This document shows, one piece after another, positions 26,632-39,750 of a stretch of DNA of 64,000 nt. A program made the translations under genes and the position numbers. Below the pieces are notes generated by a model. The model ran no database searches. It saw nothing but the letters and a program-made list of their open reading frames with translations, and was not told the DNA's origin. Each line of letters starts with the position of its first letter. The first letter of the stretch is position 1. Source of the stretch: Trichosphaerium sp. ATCC 40318 (lineage: Eukaryota; Protista; Tubulinea); contig JALMLS010000179.1 of the NCBI GenBank assembly GCA_038496445.1, positions 310,001-374,000 of the forward strand, read 5' to 3'.

Positions 26632-27534
26632 TCAATACAAGATTTCTGTTATTATCTTACCACATTTATAGCATGCAGGTTTATTATGATGGATAGGACT
26701 GTTATGCCACTTGAAAGGACGTATTAATTTGTTTATAGCCTTAACTGCAGTCTCACATGGGAAATCCGGGGTCACCATAGCCAAGGTCATGTGAGGTCTA
26801 AGCTGATCTCTTTTAGGAATCATATTTCGAATACCATACTCTACACTCAGTTTATCCTCCATCTCTATGCCTATTTTCTCTAACCTAGCTGCACTTTCTT
26901 CAGTAACGTTAAGCACAACAGATTGTACACCATCAGCGTTACTCACAAAACAAGTCAACCTCTCAAAAGTTACTAAAAGTGAAGTTGGCCAAGAAAAATC
27001 TGATAACATACTGATAATATCACGTGATGCTTTTCTTTTTGGTAAACAACATCCATATAGTAATGATATATGTCTCTTCTTACCCTCCATATCTGCATTA
27101 TGTTTAACAACTGTACCAAAGTCTTTTAACATCTTTACAGCTTCTTTCATGTGTATAAGAAGCTCTGGTGGATAGCCAACTTCTTTATCATGTGCGGTGA
27201 TAGCTAACCACGTATGGTTAGCGTCCTCACAAGGACAAGCACAACCAGGACCACCTAAGCTAGGGAACGATTCACCAAAGAAGTTAGTGTAACCGTCAGG
27301 TGCCTCTTTTCTCATCGCCGTCACATTACTGTGTGCCTTCTGTATTATTGCTGGACAATATTGAATACCACCACGTTTTGGAAGTGTTGGATGAAAAAGA
27401 TCTGTATCTTCGCCTGTAGACGGTTTATAGCCAACCGCATCTTTTGGAGTTAAGAAATAGAACGTTATGAGCAATACCCAGCAAACCAATAGTAAAGCGC
27501 CTCTCGAAGCCTGTGGTTGTGTTGTTGAGGCCAT
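26632..27534 (-). CDS. Membrane-anchored 2H phosphoesterase-family protein, intronless
   Basis: Two Hx[S/T] motifs (RHISLLY, RPHMTLA) about 90 aa apart, an N-terminal TM segment and many Cys residues. Confidence 0.7.
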   Translation of the reverse strand: MASTTQPQASRGALLLVCWVLLITFYFLTPKDAVGYKPSTGEDTDLFHPTLPKRGGIQYCPAIIQKAHSNVTAMRKEAPDGYTNFFGESFPSLGGPGCACPCEDANHTWLAITAHDKEVGYPPELLIHMKEAVKMLKDFGTVVKHNADMEGKKRHISLLYGCCLPKRKASRDIISMLSDFSWPTSLLVTFERLTCFVSNADGVQSVVLNVTEESAARLEKIGIEMEDKLSVEYGIRNMIPKRDQLRPHMTLAMVTPDFPCETAVKAINKLIRPFKWHNSPIHHNKPACYKCGKIITEILY

Positions 27535-27765
27535 TGGTGTTAAAAACGTCAGTAAAGCAACTTAACTCTTCAACTGTTTTTATGTCCATAACGAGTGTAC
27601 AAAGCTGACTTACTCACCGTAGAAGTGCGTAAATAGCGTAGTTGGCAAACAAAATTGGCACGTGATTGACAAAGCTCGAACAAAAAAAAACTGAAATAAA
27701 ATAAGATAGATGTTTTATAAGTAATTGGGGTTTTATTTATACGTGTCAGTTCATTAGAAACGCAT

Positions 27766-30700
27766 TTAGAACAAGCTATCAACAAAAGCCTTGTAATCAT
27801 AGGCATCATCGCTATCGCCATACTTTGGCATTTTACCGAGCAAGTAGTCGACCTTAGCGGCATCCATAACAGAGCGCATCTCGGCTTCAGTGATAAAGTC
27901 CTTATCAGCAGCCATAACTTTGAAGGCATCCTTCATCTGTTCTGGGCTGGAAGCATCACCGTGCTTGCTGGACATGTATTCGACAAATTTGTCGAAGTGG
28001 AGGAGATGCATTGGTGTACCATCCTCGTTTGTACCTTCAGCAACACCCCAAGCGTTCATGAGAGTGTTAAGCTCTTCATCGCTAGGATCTTGACCGAGAG
28101 CCTTAAGACAGGCGAGCAATTCAAGACGACCTAAGGCGCCGCTCTTGTCTTTGTCAAAGTGGTCAAATGTCTCCTTGTATTCTTGGAGAACTTCAGGGTC
28201 GAGACCGGATTGACCGCTGTGTTGTTGAGAAGCTAATACCTTAGCTGTAGTAGCAGACAAGTTCTTAATGTAGTCGAAAGACATTTTAAGAGCCTAAACG
28301 ATAAATAAGTAATCAGTCACAGAAAAAAAGAGCAAATTACATACCTCAATGGTGAGGTCAGTGTGTTTGTTTTCAGCGACTTGACGGTCTTCGAGTTGTT
28401 GGTTAACACCAACAGCAGCTTCGTAAGCGCCTTGGTTCCTACAAAATCAGGTTAGTTTCGCTTAAACCTGAGGTAAAAAAGAACGTACTCATCAACAGCA
28501 CCAGAGATTTGTTCAGTGGCAGCGATTTGGTCATCAAGTTCACCTTCGAGGTTGTTAAGCTCTTGTTCCTTTTCGTCACAGAAAGCTTTAAGAGCAGTAG
28601 CTTGCTCAGCAAACTGTACGCGCAAGGCTTCGTTCTCTTGTTGGGTTACCAACTCTTGTGCTAGTTTCTCACTACGTTCTGTTTGTAGACCAGATACAGC
28701 TTCCCATTTGGCAGTGACATCAGCGAAAGAGTACTCGGAGTATTTACCCTCTGAGACACCCATCTCACTGAGTTCGCCAGACTTGGCTGAGAGTGCTTCG
28801 TATTGAGCACCACCGTTAGCAACTTCGGCGGATACGAAAGAATCGAAAGCTTCTTGGAGTTCACCAACATCTTCTACAGTTTCGGCTTGGATTGGCTCTT
28901 TGAGGAAATCTTCCAAATCTTCTACGAAGAGAGCAAATTGCTAAAACAAAGGCGTCAGTAAAACACAAGAAAAGTTGTTTGAAATGTACGTACAGAAGCA
29001 TCCTTGGCAAATGAGAGGAGAGACTCTTCAATTTGTTGTTGGCGAGCATACTCAGCTTGTAGATCAGCCTTTCTCTTATCGGCAGTTTCGCGCAATTGTG
29101 TGTTGAAGAAACCAGAAACCTCTTGGAATCTGTCTTCGCACCAACCAGCTTCGCTGTGGCCACCTTCTACAATTTCGTTCTTGAGAGATTCCAAGACTGT
29201 GACACGGTTTGTCTAGTAAACGGTTAGACAAGTTCGTCGACAGAAAAAGAACAAGAAAAAATATCGTACCATAGTTTGGTAGTCGCTCTCGAAGGTGTCG
29301 TGGAGCTTGAGTCCCGCGGAGAGCTCAGCTACAGATGAACCAAGGTCATCATTCTTCATGTAGTTATCCTTGCTGTTACTCCAGGATTCAAGGGCAGTTG
29401 CCTTAATCTTGAATTTGTCTACAAGAGCAGCGAGACGTTTTTGTCTCTTTAATTCATCTCTCAATGCAATACCGCGAGCAATCTCAGATTCAATCATTTG
29501 ATTCCACAAGTTGTTAATATCAGCAGGGGATTTGCCTTCCTCTGGGGTAAATGGAGGGCGCTTGTTGAGTCTAAGCGAAATCATTAGGCAATTTATTCGA
29601 AAGCCCAAAAGGAAATAAAGACGAACCTGAGTTTGGTTTGCAAACTGTTGAAGGCAGCTTCGAGGTCGTTCTTTTCTTGACCCTTAGGTGGCTTTTCTTG
29701 TTGTTGCCAGTCTTTGAAATCAGAAATATCACTTTGGATACCTTCAAGGGATTGTTTAAAATCTCTTGAGTTGAGGGACTCTGTGTTCTCTTTGATCCAT
29801 TTTGAGAGCTAAGAAAAACGTTTTAGCAAAACATCGCAACTGACAAAAAAACAAATAAGCCGTACATCATCAGCTCTCATCAAGTAATCCTCCTTCAATC
29901 TTTGGTTTTCTTGGAGCATATCCAAGACAGAGGTCAACTGCTTAGCAGCATCTTCTGCTTTACGAGAAGATGAGAATACGTGGTAAAGAGCAGCGACATA
30001 AGTCATAATAGAACGTTCATCTGGTTTCGGGATGTTAACAATATCTTCTGGGTCAAGGATTTGAGGAATATCCAATTCTCTCTCAGCAACTTCGAAAGCG
30101 AGTTTCAAGTTTTCGAGTTTATCTTGCTAAATTAAAAAGTTAATAAACTTTTTTATCATTAAAAAATATTCCGATAACTGCGTCGTAAGAACAGTTTAAC
30201 GCATTTTCGTTTATTTACGGCAAATAAAAATAGCGAGTAGTCAAAAGATACGTACCTTGTTTAACTCATCTGGGCTAGCAATAAGGTCTGGTCTGTGAGC
30301 GTGAATGAGACCAACAAAGGCGAGACCGTCTTGGAAGCTTAATTTATGAATTAGACGATACTGATTGAAGTAAACGCTTATTTTGTGCGTGTGTACCTCA
30401 TGTGGAAGTTTTGAACGTTGACTTTACCGTATGGCTTTGTCTTTTTCTTACACCACAACAATAAACCTTCCTTTGCGGACATTTCTAAAAGAGGACACGT
30501 AAGTATTGGGAAAAACACAATAAAACCCTTGAGATAAAGAAAAAGCCGTAAATAGCGTTTTACTACCAATTATCGAAAAAAAAAAAGCAAAAAAATTGGC
30601 CTAAGAGGTTAATACCTTCTTCAGAGATGTCTTGAATTTGGAAACGTAGAATGATAGTCCAAACAAGACCCAAAATTAGAGTAAGGTTACCATCGACGAT

Positions 30701-31172
30701 ATCTTTGTCAAATAGTTAGCGTGTAATACCGGTAGTTTAATGTAGTAGTACCCTCAGGACCGATACCAACAAGACGAATATCTGGGTATGTCTTTAGGAA
30801 CTTTAGGGCTTCACCAACGTTTACAACCTTCTGAAGACGGATACGTGGCCTCTTTTCGAAGGTAGTAAAAGGTGTTTCACCAGAGATAATCTCCAAAAGG
30901 GCCATGAGTTTAAGACCATCACTAAAGCCTTCTTGGATATCATCGAGCTTCATCATCTTCTTGCGAAGGTGAGAATTACACCAGCCGGTGAAAGTCTAAG
31001 ATAAGCTTGGTTAACGCTAGTTTCTCGCTAGATAAAAGGCGGTCGTTGCATCCGGTGGGTATTGGTCGTTTTTAAAGCGGCCGCAACAGCCAAAGAACTT
31101 CGAGTAGCTACCGCTACGTACCTTCTTTTGAATCTTTTCCCAATGCTTTTGAAGGTCCTTTTTACTTGCCAT
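27766..31172 (-). CDS. ACTN: Alpha-actinin (CH-CH, spectrin repeats, EF-hands), about 12 exons
   Basis: [46 protein letters not shown], a spectrin-repeat rod and EF-hand [16 protein letters not shown]. About 865 aa by exon sum. Confidence 0.96.
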
Positions 31173-31375
31173 TGTTGTTTAGGGTCTACCAACTAATAAT
31201 TTCTTAACATACTTCGTTAAGCCACTATCGATTTAAACGCGGGTGGGTTTTATTGTGGTGTTGTGGTCAGTGCTCCTAGCAACATTTATTTTAGAAAGGC
31301 GTTCGACACGACAGAATAAATTACATTTTTACTCTCTATTACAAGTGTAAACATCTTTGTATAACGCCGAGCGAT

Positions 31376-32058
31376 ATGGCTGACGAAACCAACCCACTGG
31401 TAGCTAGCTACCCTCTTCCACCTTCTTATGCATTAGAAGAGCCGCCTACAGAACCTCCACCAATACCAGAGAAAGATTACATCGTTTTAGGAGCATTATT
31501 GCATCAGGTGCCAATAGAATTTGCTAGTTTTATTTTCTTTTCACTCACAACGCACAGAATTACAGAGAAGAATTAGGACAGATAGAGAAAAGTTTATTAA
31601 AAGTATTTAAAAGCGGGCCCGACTTTGGTACGCAAACAGCCTTCACAAACAGTTCACCAACGCGACACCTTTGTGTATCACGTTGTTAGCACGTGAACAG
31701 CCATCCTCAAAAAAAATCTAAAACGTTTTTTCTAGTGCACGCAAAAGAGCTAAAAAGACTCAACCTCTCGCTCTTATTTAACTTTTTGCTTCTCATCGAA
31801 ACGTTAATTTCAAACCCAACACAATTTGAACAAAAACTGGACCACATCTTTCATATCGTATCAAACATGCATCACCTTATAAATATGTATCGACCTCATC
31901 AATCGCGAGAGCAACTTTTGGCAATGATGGAGACACAAGTACAAAACAGAAAAAAACTACTCCAGAAAATGGACCAAAATCTTTCACACGCACGACGATT
32001 GATAGATATGACACTAAAGAGTCAGAAGCTTGTAACACAAGATGGATCATCACAATAA
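31376..32058 (+). CDS. MED7: Mediator subunit 7
   Basis: YPLPP, ELKRLNLSLLFNFLLLI and NMHHLINMYRPHQSREQL match the Med7 signature. Confidence 0.92.
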
Positions 32059-32603
32059 AACCGTGGAAATTTCTGTCGTAGCTAAATCCCGCTTTTGGAA
32101 TAGTGCGTATCCTCAAAGTATCTACTAACCGAATAACAGTTCCTTACCAACAAAAGACGGACAAATTTATCAGCAACCTAATCTTTTTCGTTTTTGTTCC
32201 GTTTTGGGGCGAAGTTTAGCTTGCGAGAAAGGTTCTTCTCCGGCTATGTCTGGAGCTCTAAAATGTGAATGCTATGTCGCGACCTATCATAAAGTATTTC
32301 TAAAACCCTATCCAACTTCCTATTCAACCCAATCGCGGTCTACGAGTGCTGAGCTCGGTGTAAGCGATTTCGTTAAAGTAGTAACGCGCAGTTTGTGCAG
32401 TTTTAGCTAAACCGCGTCCTAACCAATAGTTTGTTCACAATTCAGGAAAGCGTTAGAGCTCAGTGCACCACAGAAAATCAAGTGCAATTGACATTACATT
32501 TTCGTACGTTTGAGGATAAAAATCTCGAAAGAATTCAATTTAGGTACAAATTTCTGTTGCGTGTTTTTACTCGCAATTTCAACTTCAGGAGCGCACCTTG
32601 GCT

Positions 32604-34507
32604 ATGGACATTGATGTAAAGGCACCACTGCCTTCGCTCTCACAGATTTTGAACCCACAAAACAAATTAACCGCCGCGAGGCAAAATGGGCAGCCAACAC
32701 CGTTTTTTAATATGCAACGCTCTCAAAAGCGACAAAGTGGCAATTTTACACCCCACAACGCCCAAATGCAAGATGTGACCAGTTCTCAACCGTTTCTCTC
32801 GCGCTACATTGGATGTCTGTCTACGCGACATATTATCAGACCTCAGCCGTATTCGGTATGCGAAACGCGGAACAGCGCTGGTGGCAGCAACTTGGAAAAC
32901 GCGTCATCTCCACACACAAACGAAACCCTCAAGGCATGGGATTTAATGATGAGGGAAGAAATGCGGTTGTTGTCGTCATTTAAGGCTATGAACGTTGACG
33001 AGGGAAGTACGGGCACAGACGTGCAAGAGTTGAAACAGCGTTTGGAACTGTTGCTTCAAAAAAAGACTGCCACATTACAGTCTCTGTTTTCTGTACCAAG
33101 GTACGCTAATGCAGCACAATTGCGTGCAAACTAACAACAAAATTAATGTTTAATCAAACTGGTAATTTGCGAGTGGCTGAAATTTCATTTAGAGGGTTTG
33201 GTCATCTTCCTGGTATTACAATAATTGGTGGAGGCCCAACAGAAGCCTTTTTAAACGAGGTACCCATCTTTCGCCCGAATATTACTCGTTTGAGTGTGAA
33301 TTCTACTAAACCGCGTGTTTTTTTTTTCTGTTTTTTGAGTTCTTTTGTTTATAAGCGTGTAGGTTATTGGTCCTATTGTCATTCGCGTTAAATCTTCCAG
33401 TCACACTAACTTGTGGGCTCGAGTTTATACTGCTGATGGTTGTGATTACCGTTTGGATGGCACACTATGCTTACGAGTACCTGACGTATGCATCTACTTG
33501 TTTTGGCAGTTTAAAGCTGATTTTGCCGCCTTTACGTGAAATCTTATTTTTGCCACAGGTGCCTACAGTTTGTTTCAAGTCCGTGCGTTTGAGTTTGCAC
33601 GAGAACGCTAGTCCAAATCCACCCTCACAGTTGTTTTTATTTTTTCGCTTGGAGCAACAACATTCTTCTGGCACCTTCACCACAGTTGGTGACGCTACCC
33701 AAAGTAACCCTTTGCTCATAAAGCATCGCCTGTTGTTGACATCGAAAAGAAAGCGAGACATAAGGTAAGCGTTGTTAAGTTTGGAACTATTTTCGGCTAA
33801 CTTTTTTGTAGCCCTGTACCAACTACGCGACCGCGTGGACCAAAGAGAGCCAAGCAACACGATGGTACTTACATTGATATAACACACCTGTTGTGTCTTC
33901 CTCAAAAAGTTGCTGCGTCAACTTTGGGTATCTCAGAGTCTATGCTCTGTAAAAGGTACAGTTTGAAGGTTTTTTTTTTGTACTAGCGCGAACGTTATTA
34001 ATAAGATTTTTATAGATTCAAAGAGTGCACAAGGCGCAAGTGGCCTTACCGCTATTTGAAAAAGATTGAAAAAACGATAAACATGCTTCAATATCAACAA
34101 CAAGCTGGTGAGATTACAAAAGATGACGAAAAGAGGCTACAGAGACATCTTGAGGAACGTGCTCAGTGCCTTGCACCAGTAAGAATAAGAATTACGAGAG
34201 ATAATTCTATGATGCAACAACAGCGTCCATCACCTCACTCGACCGCTTTATTCCAGCAACCAATCCAAATTTACACGAACAACCAGGGTAAGAAAACTTT
34301 TTTCCCGCTTTCTTCAAATCTTTGCAATTTTTTTTTTTTGCCTGACTTATCTTCCTTCTTCTTACTCTTTTTTTTGTAGATCCGTCACCTATGGACGAAG
34401 ACGTTGCAGTTTCTTGCCTAGAGAGCTTGAGGTCTGCTGCTGAACCTTTCGAACCATCTTCTATCACGAGAAGAATGTCGCACACCAGGGCGCGTTCTTT
34501 GGATTGA
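32604..34507 (+). CDS. RWP-RK domain transcription factor
   Basis: Spliced YIDITHLLCLPQKVAASTLGISESMLCKRFKECTRRKWPYRYLKKIEK across 33870-34075, not visible in the ORF track. Confidence 0.88.
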
Positions 34508-35229
34508 GGAGAAGGGCTTGAGAAGTTGAAACTTGGTAAACTAGTGTAGATGTTTGTACAGAAGGTTGAATCCCAATTTTTTATGAGTGTTTTCTGAAAA
34601 AAAAAAAAATGGAGACCTCGCTCAAGCCTTGTATGGCTTGTTAGGGACAAAAAGAAAAATAAATAAAAAAAGAAACTTGTTTTAATACGTCTACCCGTTG
34701 ATAACCAGGCGAATTTTCAAGGTACATTTTCCATAAGCCCAAAACACAGAATTGCTCGTTCGGTTTTTTTTTTGGTGTTCGAATTACTTAATTAACTGCG
34801 CTTGACTGCTCTGAGAAGCTTTGTACTAACTCTACAACGCGAAAACCAAGAGCCAGTACAACTGGTTTTAAGTTTCGACGGTCAGTACAACTGTTTGAAC
34901 TTGGCCACAGCCGTTGCTTGTCAACCACCACCAGCGTCGATATATAACGATACGCTTTCATTAGCTCCTGCCACTGAGGCAGGGGAACATAAAATACTCG
35001 GTTGGTACGATAAAGATTTTCGATAATCTACTGTTGCTTCCGATGATGGTGGGAGTAACGTGTGCAGTGTATAATTGTTTAAATTCATTATTATGATGAA
35101 TTCGGACATTGCCTGCAAATTATTGTCATAACTCGCTTTGTTTTTACGCCTGACGAGTGTAATTGCCGTTTGTTGTTTGCCTTTTACAGCATACACTATA
35201 AAAACTCTTATTCTACCTATAGATACGCT

Positions 35230-37943
35230 ATGGATGCTCTACGCACTGAAAACGAGCGATTAAAAAAGCAGGTGCAACACGCCAATTCAAAAATACGCAA
35301 TTTACAAAGTGAAATTGCTCGCTTAAAGGAGGCGCAAGAGGTACGTTAACCCCGCACCATTTTTAAAAAATTGGCTGTCATAACCCTTTTCCCAGTCCAA
35401 AAACAATGGTGAAAAAGCTCCAGGATCCCGCCGAGCGCGCACTAGACGCAAGTCTAAGCCTGTACCCAGAGTTAAAACAGAGAAAGCTGAAAAACATGAC
35501 AAAGTAACCTCTACAAATAAAAGCGATAGAGGAGACAAGAGCGATAGAGGCGATAAGTCTGAAAGAAGCTCGAAATCAGGAGCAGTTACAAAAGTTACCA
35601 AAGTTAAGACAGAAAGATCGTCTAAAAAGAGGGATTCATCTGGCGCAGATAGCAGCAGACGCAGCAGCTCTCCAACAAGTAGCGCAAAACGTAGCAGTTC
35701 CCCAACGAGTAGTGTAAAGCGCGGCGGTTCTCCGACTAGTAGTGTAAAGCGTGGCGGTTCTCCGACTAGTAGCGTAAAGTCTCGTCAGTACGTAACAAAG
35801 GCTGCTATAAAACTTTTTCTTACACGTTCATAGTGGCAGTAAAGGAGCAAGTGATGATGGGCATAAAACACCTACTAAAACACCAACAAAAACCTCAAGT
35901 AGTGAAGCACAACCAAAACAAACTTCACCAAAAAGTGTACCCGAAAATACTGGCACAAAGAAAAAGAGATACTATTTTGGTCGCTTTGCTCTTCGTCTGG
36001 GAAAGAAAAAAGATAAAGAAGTTGTTGCAAAACCTATTGCGGCACCTGCAACACCTGCAGGCGAGCAAGAGAGTACAAGTAGCGGTGCCTTGCAAGTTAT
36101 TCGCACAAGACCTAGAAGAAATAGTTCAATCTCAAAAGCAGCAGTTCATGTTCCTGAGGGTACCAGACGCCGTGCTGGTTCAGATACTATTCAAGATGCT
36201 TTAAAGGTTTCTGTTCCTGTAGAGACTGGTGTAGATGTTAAGCGTAGAAGATCACTTACTGTGAGATCATCTAGAGCACTTGGCAACTTTTCTACAAAAA
36301 CTTTTGGTGAACCTTTGGCGTAAGTTTTTTTTAACTATTTGTTTTGTGCCCTTACTATTCATCCTCTCCTTCGTTTATCATTAACAATTTTTTGTAGTTA
36401 TATTACTACAAATGATAAACCTGTACCAGAAGTTATGTATAAAGCTATAGAATTCTTGTCAGAGCCTGTTAATGCCAAGACCGAAGGTATTTATTGATTT
36501 TTTGAAGATTGAAAATCGTATTTTGACACGGCCTTACACTTCTCCTCATTTTTCTTTTCAGGGTTATTTCGTGTGCCTGGATCACAAGAAGAGATTCAAT
36601 ACTTGAAAGCAATATTTGATAAAGGACAGAGCCCTAGTTTTGAAGGTACAAAGGTTATACAAACAGCTGAATGGCTTATCAAATAAATTAGATCGTGAAG
36701 CAAATGACGTTGCTGGTCTTCTTAAGACTTTTCTTCGAGAGCTTCCAGAGCCACTTATTCCAATTGATAAGAACTCTCAGATACAAAAAGCTGTTAGTGA
36801 GAGTAAAAGTAAGCATGGCAAGGGTGAAGAAGAGTCGATATTGGATCAACAATTGTTGGAAGGTAATTTCTTTTTTGTGCAATGAAAAAAAAAATTAACG
36901 AGTAATTCCTTTGTAGCTATCCGAAATATTCTAAATTCTATGCCATACGTAAACTACACAATATACAAGTATCTTGTAGATTTCATGGTGAAGATTGTTG
37001 AGTATGCAGACGTTAACTTTATGAATATAAATAACCTCATAAAATGCATCATACCGACTATTAGATGCTCGCCAGCATGTTTCTATTTCCCAGCGACGAA
37101 CTACAAGTTCTTTTTTGAAGGTGAGATTTTTTTGCCTTTTACTCGCTTTTGTTGTTTTACAACTCACTTACTTGATTTCTAGATAATAAAAACCAGCCTA
37201 CAAACGATAGTGTGGCTCAAAATGCAGATAGTCAATTTGGTTTTTCAATGTTTGGTGCTGACGGTAAACCTTCACCACATTTCCTGGAGATGATGGCCCA
37301 AGAAGAGGAGATGTATGCTGCACAACAGAAAAAGGAAGCAGAGGAATCGAGAAAAAAGAAAGACATTAGCGTTTCCCACAGCTCGTCCACAGAAGATCTT
37401 GTATCTGCTGGCGAACGCCTAGCCAATGAAGCTGCAAATAAGCCTAAAAAGAAGGATGCAAGTAAGGAAGAAGACGAGGAGGGCGCGAAAAAAGATAAAT
37501 CAACAAAAAAGACGCCGGAAAAGGCGTCTGACGGCGATGATAAGCCAGCGCCTATGATACGTAACATTTCTTGGGTAGCAAAAAACAAAAGGCGAGCGTC
37601 TATGCAAGTTAGCCTTAAAAAGATTGAAAAGAGTAACCACAAGGGTACAAAGAAGCGTAGTGGTAGCGGAAAGAGAAGAGATTCGCGAGGCGATAAACCC
37701 AAGAAGAAAGGGAAAAAAATAAGTGTTTCTGATCCTTCTCCTTCTGTAACTGGTAGCCACAGACCTAAAACAAGTGTTTTTCTTGATAGAAAGAGAGATT
37801 TTGGGCATTCACATCACCACACGGATCACTCTGCTTCTCCCAGGAGTTTTAAGATGACTCAAGGTACTGGACACTCAAAAGATAACAACAATACTACAGT
37901 GAAAGAACCGATTACTGACGTGAACGGCAGCAAGCAAAAATAA
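35230..37943 (+). CDS. RhoGAP domain protein with N-terminal coiled coil
   Basis: EGLFRVPGS (arginine finger), DVAGLLKTFLRELPEPLIP and NFMNINNLIKCIIPTI. Confidence 0.92.
35660..35779 (+). repeat. Coding tandem repeat, 4 x 30 nt (RSSSPTSSAK/RGGSPTSSVK)
   Basis: Four adjacent 30-nt units inside a RhoGAP exon. Confidence 0.9.
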
Positions 37944-38327
37944 CAATTCCGCTGTGTATGTAAATTAATGTACAAGTAAAGAGTTTTTTTCCTCCTCAAA
38001 CCACCTCCCTTTTACATGTTTTCATTCTACGCAGTGCTGTGATTGGTAACGTTGAAATAGATCGGGAGTTAAAAATAAATCTGTTTGTATCACAAATAAT
38101 ACGTTCTTTACCTCTTGTAATTAAAACTACGATAATATTACTCGTTATGGTATGTTTTGACATTTGTAGACATGTAATGACATGTGTCAGCATGAAGACT
38201 GCGTAGTACCATGTATTTGTGCGTATTGGATGTCGTTACACTCATTGTAGATACATGGGAGGTATTCGCAAGAAAACAAGGGAAGAAAAAAACTACAAAA
38301 AATTTCGCATTAATTCACTAATTCTCC

Positions 38328-39316
38328 ATGGATATCATCTCGTCTGTTGTTGCGGTGATATTAGCAGGGGAGGCTAACCCTCCACCGGACTTTAACATCA
38401 TACGCCCACTACACTACTTCTTTTTCGTATTTAACTCATGGACACTCTCTGCGCTGTTATTGGTATGGATAGTCGCCAAAACTGTAGAGGTATTCATTCA
38501 TGCTTTACATTCCAACGACATTTTGGTTAAAAAATTATAATAGTGCTTCGCAGCTCGGTCTAGACACTTTTTCTCAAAGAAAACAGATAAAAGCGTACAA
38601 AAATATTGTCCAAACACATATCTCGAAATAGACAAAGAGCTAGATCGTCTAATGCAAGAAAAAGCAAGCGCATGGTGGTTAAGATGGGGTAATCATAACG
38701 ATACCAACGAAACAGAGTACCACGTACGTTGTACAACAGAAATTCCATAAAAACTTTGTTAAAATGTACTTGTATTTAACTGTATATACGATAATAGGAG
38801 ATTATTGAGTATCCTAACGGAGAAAAAGTGATAATAAAGGGCATAAAGTTGAGAAAACAGAAACCAAGGTTCCTACAACAACAAATGCACGGTTCTAAGT
38901 GTAGACGTATTAATCTACAAGACTACTACAAACACTATCACAGAGCAAGACGTGTCACAGGCCTAACAAAGACAAAAGACGATGTACGTAGTGTATATAT
39001 CGCTTATAACACGTCACACAAATCCATTGATCTTGTCGTCTAGTTACAATGCACGTTTTCTTTAACGAATTATTTCCGACGAAGTCAGTCTCAAACGACT
39101 AGCAAGACAAAGAATAGACTAAAATCGAAGAAACTACGTGATAAAATCCAGAAACAAGGTCAAAAAGAGAATATAAAAGTGGAACAATCTTTTGAAGAAG
39201 TACTCGCAGACCTTAAGCGCCAGACGTCTGTACCTACGCAAGGTGGAAGCTATGTCACTTGTAATTACTGTGAGAGGTCTTTTCATTACCCTGTTTACAA
39301 TCTAAAAGTGCAATAA
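38328..39316 (+). CDS. Hypothetical protein with N-terminal hydrophobic segment, 4 exons
   Basis: GT-AG splicing gives a continuous frame ending ...VTCNYCERSFHYPVYNLKVQ*. No family recognised. Confidence 0.55.
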
Positions 39317-39750
39317 TGTCTTTTCTGACATTTTTGTATTATTTGGTTGTTTTCATTTATTGTAAAGATGTATACTTTTGAATGTACATTTGGCTATTAA
39401 CTTACCTACCTACATAAATACAAACCTATTTTATTGTTTGATTATAGACAAGTTTTTCCTTTTTTATCTTTTATGTGAACGGGTACACGTGCACGCAAAC
39501 AAACTGTAAACAAAAAACCTTGTAAACATTTATTTCGTCATATGTTGTGGCATGTTTGAAGTGTTTCTGTGGTACAAGCACAAACCGACTATACGGATTA
39601 ACGCAATGCCTTTCAAGTCGTGGCGATGTTTAAAACAAAATCAAAACGAGACACAGTATAAATGAGGGTCGGTTTAATTTGGTACATTACATTTATTTTA
39701 AGGATGGTTTTGTTTTAGAATACACGTTTTGTTTTTTTGAAAGAGGCAAG

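Noticed and set aside
35179-35187. GCCTTTTAC as U5 loop I
   Set aside because: No proper closing stem or Sm site, and the same motif also occurs in an intron near 37134.
34921-35196. Minus-strand ORF ending AGGG-TGA, resembling a SelK C-terminus
   Set aside because: No TM or G/P-rich SelK features, no convincing ATG start and no downstream SECIS seen.
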